DNA of 32,000 nucleotides from Candidatus Saccharimonadota bacterium (GCA_016700375.1 CP065016.1:1020001-1052000); one strand, 5' to 3'; shown: positions 16,787-24,095, counted from the first letter of the stretch. The notes: generated by a model from the sequence alone, not told the origin. Numbers and translations are program-made.

Positions 16787-19700
16787 CTATTTAAACTCAA
16801 GCACACGATCGCGACGGTAGCGGATAGGGTAACTACCAGAGCCTTCCGAGTAGAGATAAGTACCGTCGTACTTGATTAAGTTGACACTTCGCCAATAATT
16901 ACCACTGCCAGGACGTGTGCTTTGGTATCTTATGTTTATCGTTCCGCCAGACCTAGCTTGCAAGTAGCCCTCAAATACTTCTTGGTCAACACCACGGTCT
17001 CCGACACTAAACTCTTTTTTTGTCGAAGTCTTAGCCTTCGTTCTAGTTGCTCGTGGTGCGGGTGTTGCGTTCACGGGACTCACATTATCAACCCGTTCAT
17101 CAGAGAAATCGGTAATATACGTGTCTTTTGGGGCATCTTCAGGTGCAACCGTTTCTTTTTCTAGCTCTTTAACGACACTCGTCTTGCCTGCATTATGCTC
17201 ATCATTAAAGAACTCTCCTAGATGCACCAGTAAGGCTTTCTCTTCTTCTGCCTGATCGTCAACCCAATCAAAGTAGGAAATACGATAAAAGGTCCATCCC
17301 GCTACCTCTAAGGCACCTTGACGTTCCCAGTCGTTCTGTACATAAACTTGCCCGTCTCCGCCTTCAAAGTGAGTCGGGCCATCACACTCGATGGCAAGCT
17401 TCCTGCCATTATGATGAACAACGAGGTCGATTTTAAACCCAAGTGACTCTGCTTGCGTTTCCAGTGTAAACTCATTCGCATCAAGTTGTTTCGATAAGTA
17501 GTTAAAAACTTGCTCTTCGAAGTGAGAATCAAAACGCTGTTCAGCTTTACTATGCCTTCTTGATATTGCTCCGTTCTTATCGACATACTCCAGGTACTTC
17601 TTAATCCAAATACCCTCAGGCCAAAGCTCTGTAGCAAGAGATGTCACACAATGGACTTGAAGTCGGGCACGACTAAACGCAACGTTCACACGGCCAGCAG
17701 CTATGTCTTTACGTATTTCGCCACCTTCGCCAGTTAACGCGATATAACGTCGCTTATCGCATGGGTCTTTGATGACAAATGAATAAATTACAATATCGCG
17801 TTCATCACCCTGGATGCCGTCAATAATCGAAACTTTGATGTCTTCATCCGGGATGGCTTTACGTATTTCTTCGGCTTGCTCGTTAAAGAATGTCAATATT
17901 GCTATAGACTTGTCTTTTAGAATTGGGTCTATCTTAATTTCTTCTACCAGCTGTTGGATTTTGTGTATTTCCGCAATGTTTGTTCTACTGCCCATCTCCT
18001 CATTATCATTTGGAGTTACCAAATGATTAAGCAAGACACGACCAGTATCTTTGTAGGGGACGATATTGTCGTTTACAGCTTCAAGCTTACGGCCGATAGG
18101 TTCGTAATATGCCTCATTAGAGAAGCCAATTAGTTCTTTAGGGGACCGATAGTGATACTTTAAAGTTGTGGTCTTAAACCCATTTAGATTTGCGATGTCC
18201 ATCACTGATTTAACTGTGTCTTCTTCAGCTTTAATCTGATAAACATCAGGAATCTTATGCTTCTTTGCTATTGCATTAAGCTGGTCATTAGACTTGAACA
18301 TAATGTTATCGTCACGCATTTGTAACGTATCCCCAAAGAATATTGTGTGCTCTGCACGGTACATTGCTGGAAACGCATAAGCAAAATTACACTGTGATGC
18401 TTCGTCAATAATCACGTAATCAAATGCGTTCATCTCCAATGGGACAATACGACTCACATCGTCCAAGCTCATCATCCAGATAGGCAGAACTTTTGACATA
18501 GCACTAAAGTTATCTTCATTATGCTTAAGCCTGTCAAAAGTTTTATTTGCTTTCTTGCTCTTTGAAAGGCTTCTGGCAACTTGTGCTAAAGTCGCTCTTA
18601 GCTCTTTGCTGTTATTAGCTTCACCAACTCTTGTTAGTATTCGGTTGCGGACATAGTTAGTAATGTTTTTTCTATAGAACTTTCGAATATCTTTGATTTC
18701 TCGGTTCAGCTCGTTTGCGGAGTATAACGACGCCTCGTCTATATGAGCAGAAATCTCACTATACCTTTCGAGGTCTTCGAATACTTTGTTCTCGCTACCG
18801 TGTTCGCTGACTATCTTTTTAAGGCTTGCGAGGGCAGTATGTGGCATATCTTTGTTCTGAAGAAATTCGTCGAGTTCTGAACGGGTATTCGCTAATATTT
18901 GGTTATCATTTGAATATACAAAGTATGCCTTAAGTCCATCTAGTAATTTTAGTTTTGCTGACTTTGTATTGTCGGAAAATAATATCTTTTCAAACTCTAC
19001 GTATATTTCTTGAGGGATGGATTTGCAGTGTTCTCTTAGTGCACTACGAAGCTTTAGGTCATTTACCTTGCTCGCAAAAAAGCCAGACCGTTCTGGCATA
19101 TGGGTTTTGAAGTAATCGTTTACGTTCTCTATGGAAGCAATAGTTCCTTGATAGTCAATTTCAAGGTCCTTAAATTTGGTATCAGCTGTTCTTATAAATT
19201 TACTGTGAGCATTCTCGAATTGTTTGATTGCAGACTCGAGATTCTCAATAGTCTTTTCAAAATCTAAACATTGGTTATAAAACTCTAGGTCGATACCGTA
19301 ATTATAATAAGGGTCGAGGTAGCCTAGGTTTCGACGTTCTTCATAAAGCGAGTAGAGTGAACGCTCAATGCTCATATTCTCTACGAAAATCTTTGAACGG
19401 TCAGCAAGCAACTCAAGCGGCTCTTTTAAGTCGCCGACTTTGCCTTTCTGAAACTCTCTATTTAACGCTATCAGCGTATTCGCAGCACTGTCTTTTTCGT
19501 CATCAGCCGTGTATAGCTTAGAGGTTTTATCGGGTATGTAGCCGAAGAGAAATGGTACATCAAGAGTTTTTAGCTTGTCCTTTACTCCACGTATCGCCTG
19601 GTCTTTTTGGCTAGCGAATAATATTCTTTTTCCTGTAGATGCTAAATGAACTAGTAGGTTTGAAATGGTTTGAGATTTACCAGTGCCAGGAGGACCTTCG

Positions 19701-20659
19701 ACTATGACGGCCTTATTGGCTGTAATGCCCAATACTTTAAGCTGGAACTTGTCATAATCGAATGGAAAGAATATCTCTGTACTGCCATCGTCTGATACGG
19801 CCTGTTCTATTGCCATATCTTCGTCAGATACCCAGCTTCCTAAGGAAGTCTCAATCAGGTCTTCATCTTCAAGAGCAGCAATCGCCCTAAGGTCTTCAGC
19901 TAAAAAGTGGTTAGTCTTATTCGTAATCGCAACTATGCTGGTATCAAAACTTGGTGATTCAGAAATGGACTTGGCATCTACTCTATCAAGTTGCACTCTA
20001 ATTGCTGACCACAAATCTTCAATAAACTCACTTCCGATTGGGAGGCTAGTCTTACCCTCAGCTTCCGAGTCGGCAACAAACTTAAAAACGTTATCGTAGT
20101 ATTGTTGCGGCAAGTAGTTTTTGAGTGGGCCGCTCAATACTTCTACATAGCTATCGGGTAGCTCAATGACTACATTAGCTCCATCGCTCGTGTATCTAAA
20201 GTTAATGGCAGCTACTGGAATTTGTAACAACGGTGCTTCGTAGTTTTCATACTCTTCACCGAACTCGGTCTCCTTGTAGCGTTTACCCTCAAAGGATATA
20301 AAGCCAGTCTGCAAGACGACCCTCTTTGTATATTCGTCAGTTTTTATCTTTGTGTCAATTTCTTGGATTTTATCGAAGATAGCCCTGTCGCGTACAACGC
20401 GATGCTCAGCCTGGAGCTGTTCGTCAGTCTTATCTTCACTCGATAAGTCTGGGTCATATTGGCTGCCCAATGAGGTGACTAGGTTGATTGTTGTCGAGTC
20501 GACTTCACTTTTAAAAATCAAATCGGCGACAGGCACGAGGCTGCCGTCCATAGGCTCAGTCTTAATCGGTCGACTTCTTGAGGCACTACTTGATATTAGG
20601 CTTACATAGTCAAGACCGTATTTTGCTAGTTGACTGATAGTTACTGGTATTTTTGTCAT
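16787..20659 (-). CDS. Giant SF1B (Upf1/Dna2-like, DUF4011-type) helicase fused to a Vsr/DUF559-like PD-(D/E)xK endonuclease and a WYL-like C-terminal domain (1290 aa)
   Basis: GPPGTGKS (19673-19696), YVIIDEASQC (18389-18418), FFGDTLQM, YHYRSPKEL, IDGIQGDERDIVIYSFV, GRVNVAFSRARLQV. Endonuclease signature KIDLVVHHNGRKLAIECDGPTHF (17366-17434). The tail INIRYQ..YWRSVNLIKYDGTYLYSEG..YPIRYRRDRVLEF lies at about 16790-17020. Confidence 0.8.
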   Translation of the reverse strand: MTKIPVTISQLAKYGLDYVSLISSSASRSRPIKTEPMDGSLVPVADLIFKSEVDSTTINLVTSLGSQYDPDLSSEDKTDEQLQAEHRVVRDRAIFDKIQEIDTKIKTDEYTKRVVLQTGFISFEGKRYKETEFGEEYENYEAPLLQIPVAAINFRYTSDGANVVIELPDSYVEVLSGPLKNYLPQQYYDNVFKFVADSEAEGKTSLPIGSEFIEDLWSAIRVQLDRVDAKSISESPSFDTSIVAITNKTNHFLAEDLRAIAALEDEDLIETSLGSWVSDEDMAIEQAVSDDGSTEIFFPFDYDKFQLKVLGITANKAVIVEGPPGTGKSQTISNLLVHLASTGKRILFASQKDQAIRGVKDKLKTLDVPFLFGYIPDKTSKLYTADDEKDSAANTLIALNREFQKGKVGDLKEPLELLADRSKIFVENMSIERSLYSLYEERRNLGYLDPYYNYGIDLEFYNQCLDFEKTIENLESAIKQFENAHSKFIRTADTKFKDLEIDYQGTIASIENVNDYFKTHMPERSGFFASKVNDLKLRSALREHCKSIPQEIYVEFEKILFSDNTKSAKLKLLDGLKAYFVYSNDNQILANTRSELDEFLQNKDMPHTALASLKKIVSEHGSENKVFEDLERYSEISAHIDEASLYSANELNREIKDIRKFYRKNITNYVRNRILTRVGEANNSKELRATLAQVARSLSKSKKANKTFDRLKHNEDNFSAMSKVLPIWMMSLDDVSRIVPLEMNAFDYVIIDEASQCNFAYAFPAMYRAEHTIFFGDTLQMRDDNIMFKSNDQLNAIAKKHKIPDVYQIKAEEDTVKSVMDIANLNGFKTTTLKYHYRSPKELIGFSNEAYYEPIGRKLEAVNDNIVPYKDTGRVLLNHLVTPNDNEEMGSRTNIAEIHKIQQLVEEIKIDPILKDKSIAILTFFNEQAEEIRKAIPDEDIKVSIIDGIQGDERDIVIYSFVIKDPCDKRRYIALTGEGGEIRKDIAAGRVNVAFSRARLQVHCVTSLATELWPEGIWIKKYLEYVDKNGAISRRHSKAEQRFDSHFEEQVFNYLSKQLDANEFTLETQAESLGFKIDLVVHHNGRKLAIECDGPTHFEGGDGQVYVQNDWERQGALEVAGWTFYRISYFDWVDDQAEEEKALLVHLGEFFNDEHNAGKTSVVKELEKETVAPEDAPKDTYITDFSDERVDNVSPVNATPAPRATRTKAKTSTKKEFSVGDRGVDQEVFEGYLQARSGGTINIRYQSTRPGSGNYWRSVNLIKYDGTYLYSEGSGSYPIRYRRDRVLEFK

Positions 20660-20689
20660 AGGTTATAAACGGGTTGAAATCCTAGCAAA

Positions 20690-20695
20690 ATTATA
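20690..20695 (-). promoter_or_regulatory. Candidate -10 box (TATAAT) for the helicase/OLD operon
   Basis: TATAAT lies on the minus strand 31 nt upstream of the ATG at 20659. The -35 is weak. Not validated. Confidence 0.3.
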
Positions 20696-20837
20696 CAACA
20701 GTCGTCCTACGTTAGCGAGGAGGTTATAAGAAGTTAATTGGTCTTACGAGGTTTATCCTCGCACAGGGGTGGTTAATGTGAATTTTCGTCTGGGACGGCA
20801 AAATAACAGGGGCGGGTTTAACCTGGGATATTTTTTA

Positions 20838-20984
20838 TGGTAAGGGGACTCTACCTACCTTCGGCAGGCTCGGAACTTCACGGCGTCAAGCATAGCTTGA
20901 CCCGGAAGATTCCCTTGCAAAGCACCACTGGTGCTTCTCAGCCTGGCCTCTACTCGGCCAGGCGTTAGAATCTCTCACGCCAGA
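20838..20984 (-). ncRNA. Structured repeat module, copy D, between the tRNA-Gly terminator and the helicase promoter region
   Basis: The minus strand reads TCTGGCGTGAGAGATTCTAACGCC..GAGGCCAGGC | TGAGAAGCACCAGTGGTGCTTTGCAAGGGAATCTTCCGGGTCAAGCTATGCTTGACGCCGTGAAGTTCCGAGCCTGCCGAAGGTAGG | TAGAGTCCCCTTACCA. It is near-collinear with copy A and shows compensatory stem changes. Confidence 0.55.
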
Positions 20985-20988
20985 CCAT

Positions 20989-21020
20989 ATAAAAAGCCTC
21001 ACTTTCGTGAGACTCTTTAC
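20989..21020 (-). terminator. Hairpin terminator directly after tRNA-Gly
   Basis: AAAGAGTCTCAC-GAAA-GTGAGGCTTTTT on the minus strand, starting 2 nt after the CCA. Confidence 0.7.
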
Positions 21021-21021
21021 A

Positions 21022-21098
21022 TGGTGCGGGTCAGGGGACTCTAACCCCTGGCCTCGTCCTTGGCAAGGACGCGCTCTAAACAACTGAGCTAGACCCGC
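21022..21098 (-). tRNA. tRNA-Gly (GCC)
   Basis: The reverse complement folds as GCGGGTC-TA-GCTC-AGTTGTTTA-GAGC-G-CGTCC-TTGCCAA-GGACG-AGGCC-AGGGG-TTAGAGT-CCCCT-GACCCGC-A-CCA. Confidence 0.93.
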
Positions 21099-21149
21099 AT
21101 ATGTGGTAAATATATTGTAAAGTACGGTGTGGTATTTGCGAAGCGCGCA

Positions 21150-21279
21150 CTTGGCCTGGCAAGGAACGGTCACATTCCGCGACCCCGTCGCCACATCTTT
21201 GCAAACTAGTTTGCAAGAGTGGGCTCCCTTGCGTACCGCCACTGGCGGTCCTCACTCTAAACAACTGAGCTAGACCCGC
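21150..21279 (-). pseudogene. tRNA-Gly pseudogene interrupted by a partial copy (E) of the structured module
   Basis: The first 25 nt, GCGGGTCTAGCTCAGTTGTTTAGAG, are identical to tRNA-Gly. Then comes TGAGGACCGCCAGTGGCGGTACGCAAGGGA plus hairpin TTGCAAAC-TAG-TTTGCAA. Then CGTTCCTTGCCA-GGCCAAG, which is the tRNA-Gly anticodon arm and variable region with a 7-nt deletion. There is no T-arm or acceptor 3' end. Confidence 0.6.
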
Positions 21280-21478
21280 TCGTCACACCTTGGCAGCGAC
21301 TTCCGCTGCGCCGAAAAAAAATAATTTTCTTTCGCCGAGCTCCAGTCTTAGCCAGGTGCTCCTCTCAAAATCACAAACGGTCGACTTCGCTCCCTAGTTT
21401 GTGATTTTGGTTAGAAACCAGTACGACTAACAGGGAGAGATTATACTTGTTTGTTGGCGTGGTTGCAACTGCCAAACG

Positions 21479-22792
21479 CTACGCAGCCAGTGAACGGAGA
21501 TTGCCGAGGCTGTCGCGTGTTTCGTCGTAGCCACGAGCAGTTGTCTTGAAAATTTGGCGCACCACTTGCTCGGTCACCTGTATGCGGCCCTTTTCGAACG
21601 GTAGAATTATTAGTCCGCTCATTTCGGCAAATGCGGGAGTGAGAGGGAAGGTAACGGGTTCAGGTTTGTCGCCCTCTCCGGTAGTCATACACTCAACTTC
21701 TGCTGAAGCCTCGTTTCTTGGGGTAAGTATGGCTTGAAAGACATTAGATTTTCCGTTATAGCGTGCCGTCACATTCATGCGTGCTTCCCGTTCGTTCGCT
21801 ACCCGTAATTTATCTGCTAGGCGGAGCATGGTATCTTGGACTGCCTTCGGCTCACTACCCCGCACGACAATTTGAGATGCAACGAGGCCTCCGGGCATGT
21901 ATATGTCTACGCCATTTCGGGAAAGGAGTGCTTTGCCCAAGCCACTTTTTGCCAAACCAGCTTCTATTGGAAGGCCTGGCACGATGTGCATGTGGGCATG
22001 TTCGGGGTTAGACGCTCCTCCGTTGACGGCACCGTTATAGCCGAGTGTACCGTTGCCCCGAATAGCCTTAGCTAGCGTAAGCATTGCAGTGAGCTGAGAA
22101 CCTAGTGTCTGTGGTTCATGGGTACGAGATGATACGACAAATTGCTCTGGTGAAAGCGGAAATGGATTCACGGAAATAAGTGCATTGCCTACGATGATTG
22201 CTCTCTCTTCCTCGGGCTGATTGCCTGGACTAAGAAAGCAATTTTCGGGTGTAATTTTCATGTTCGTGTGAGAATTTGGGCGCTGGCTTCTGCCTGGGTT
22301 AAACTGAACTAAAACATGGGCGCCTCCGACGGCGACTTGTTCATACTGTAACTTGTCTAGGCCGCCGACCCTTGTAGCATACTTTGGCCATGTTGCGAGC
22401 TGCTGTGCGCAAAGGACACCAAGTGCCAAGGTGAGTTTCTCGGGGTCTTGAGGCTTTCCCGTCGGCCATATCTCTGGGATGTCAAGTATGCGGCCTGGCA
22501 CCTCGACACCTTCATGTGGCCATGAACTGCATGTTCGTACGGTTTGGTCTATGCTAACGGGCATATGTTTGCTATTTGTAGATTTAGTTCCAAGAGCATT
22601 ATAACTGCATTCGGCAAATAATGTGCCTTTTTCAGCGCAAAGCGTCACCAATGATTCGTTCTGACTCAGGATGTTGGTAATTCTGCCTAAAATCAAACGT
22701 TTTTGGGTGCGGCTGAACATCCATAAAAAACCTATACTTGTGCTCAAACATTTCACAGAGCCACGAGTTTCGCACTTTGTACTCATGTGCAT
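21479..22792 (-). CDS. HIT/GalT-superfamily nucleotidyltransferase or phosphorylase-like protein (DUF4922 / Ap4A-phosphorylase-like)
   Basis: LVQFNPGRSQRP, CFLSPGNQPEEE, SVNPFPLSPEQFVV, YNGAVNGGASNPEHAHMHIV (a histidine-triad-like HxHxH). The start is uncertain; the Met at 22720 (MFSRTQK) is an alternative. Confidence 0.5.
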   Translation of the reverse strand: MHMSTKCETRGSVKCLSTSIGFLWMFSRTQKRLILGRITNILSQNESLVTLCAEKGTLFAECSYNALGTKSTNSKHMPVSIDQTVRTCSSWPHEGVEVPGRILDIPEIWPTGKPQDPEKLTLALGVLCAQQLATWPKYATRVGGLDKLQYEQVAVGGAHVLVQFNPGRSQRPNSHTNMKITPENCFLSPGNQPEEERAIIVGNALISVNPFPLSPEQFVVSSRTHEPQTLGSQLTAMLTLAKAIRGNGTLGYNGAVNGGASNPEHAHMHIVPGLPIEAGLAKSGLGKALLSRNGVDIYMPGGLVASQIVVRGSEPKAVQDTMLRLADKLRVANEREARMNVTARYNGKSNVFQAILTPRNEASAEVECMTTGEGDKPEPVTFPLTPAFAEMSGLIILPFEKGRIQVTEQVVRQIFKTTARGYDETRDSLGNLRSLAA

Positions 22793-22961
22793 TTTCTCCT
22801 TGAAGCACAGAACGAACCGTACCGAGGTACGGTGAAGTGAGTACTGGAAAGGAAAAATGTGCAGGAGTCAAAGAAGCCAGCGGTGTCAGATGCTCCGCAT
22901 CTCGGGCAGGCTGGCTGGTGCGAAATTCGTGAGAGCGTTTCGCGTGGTATACTGGTCGGGC

Positions 22962-23960
22962 ATGAATATATTATTTGCTGCCGAAACGACGGCAAACGAG
23001 GCTGTAACCTACGCGGTGCCGTGGTTTATGTATGCCGCAATCGGTGCTGCGCTAGTGCTCTATGCCATAATCGAATACATTCACGGACGCAGTGACCACG
23101 TGGTGAGCTTCCGTGAGGCTGTCAAATGGTCGGTGTTTTACATAAGTATCGCGCTGCTCTTTACTATCCCTATCTATATTTTTATCAGTGAGCGTGCCGC
23201 CGCCGAATACGTCGCGGCGTGGGCTGTCGAAAAAGCACTCAGTCTCGATAACCTTTTTGTGTTTGGTATCATATTTACCGCCTTCCATGTCGAGCAGCGG
23301 TATCGCCGGCGTATCCTGAACTACGGTATCGCTGGGGCCATTCTTTTCCGTCTGATATTTATTGTAGCGGGCTTGGAGCTGTTGCAGCGTTTTTCGTGGG
23401 TTAGCATTATTTTCGGGCTCATCTTGCTCCGGGCTGCGCTGCACGCCTTCCAGCAGGCTCGCTCGGCCGAACACCCAGAGCCCGATGATATTCTGAAAAC
23501 CAAAACCTGGAAACTTCTCGACCGACTATTGCCCATTCACCACAAATTTGATGGCAATAAACTTACCACTGTCGTAGGCGGTAAGCGCATGCTCACCATG
23601 ATGGCAGCCGTTATCCTCATGATAGAACTGACCGACATCCTCTTTGCAGTCGATAGCGTCCCGGCCGTGCTCGCAGTAACAGGGGACACTTACATTGCCT
23701 ATGCCAGCAATGTCTTTGCCATTTTGGGGCTGCGTTCACTCTTTTTCGTCTATGACGCCGTCTCATCGAAGTTCTGGGCCATCAACTGGGCACTGGCCGG
23801 CATATTGCTGTGGATTGGGCTAAAGATGATAGCCGCGCCACTTGGATTTCATCCGCCGATTGCTGTTAGCCTCGGCATCCTTTTCACGATACTAACGAGC
23901 GGAGTGGCTGCCTCACTCTTATTTAAAAACCCCGTCCCGCCACACCAGCCAGCCGCATAG
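22962..23960 (+). CDS. TerC-family integral membrane protein
   Basis: EKALSLDNLFVFGIIF and LTDILFAVDSVPAVLAV are the paired TerC motifs. Start trimmed to MNILFAAE (ATG at 22962), because the first 35 codons of the track ORF look non-coding. Confidence 0.85.
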   Translation: MNILFAAETTANEAVTYAVPWFMYAAIGAALVLYAIIEYIHGRSDHVVSFREAVKWSVFYISIALLFTIPIYIFISERAAAEYVAAWAVEKALSLDNLFVFGIIFTAFHVEQRYRRRILNYGIAGAILFRLIFIVAGLELLQRFSWVSIIFGLILLRAALHAFQQARSAEHPEPDDILKTKTWKLLDRLLPIHHKFDGNKLTTVVGGKRMLTMMAAVILMIELTDILFAVDSVPAVLAVTGDTYIAYASNVFAILGLRSLFFVYDAVSSKFWAINWALAGILLWIGLKMIAAPLGFHPPIAVSLGILFTILTSGVAASLLFKNPVPPHQPAA

Positions 23961-24021
23961 CGGTCAAACACTGTAACCAGGTAGCCAAAACTCGTCCCAC
24001 TCCTGTATAATCACACGGTAT

Positions 24022-24095
24022 GGCGCCGTGGCCGAGTGGTTAGGCAGAGCTCTGCAAAAGCTCGTACAGCGGTTCGAACCCGCTCGGTGCCTCCA
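24022..24095 (+). tRNA. tRNA-Cys (GCA)
   Basis: GGCGCCG-TG-GCC-GAGTGGTTA-GGC-A-GAGCT-CTGCAAA-AGCTC-GTAC-AGCGG-TTCGAAC-CCGCT-CGGTGCC-T-CCA. The U73 discriminator fits Cys. Confidence 0.9.

Noticed and set aside
15147-20659. Calling the operon canonical Gabija (GajA/GajB)
   Set aside because: The OLD-like gene fits GajA in outline. The partner does not fit GajB, because its motifs are Upf1/Dna2-type SF1B (GPPGTGKS, DEASQ, GDxxQM, QGDERD), not UvrD-type. It is also about 2.5 times larger, carries its own endonuclease, and precedes the OLD gene. It is kept as 'Gabija-like logic' only.
22793-22961. yybP-ykoY (Mn2+) riboswitch upstream of the TerC-family gene, and likewise upstream of the VIT gene at 9224-9282
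   Set aside because: TerC and VIT genes are frequent yybP-ykoY targets, so I looked for the conserved GGGGAGUAG and UUGACAUA/AGACC elements. Only a weak resemblance was present (GAAGTGAGTAC). An Infernal scan would settle the question.
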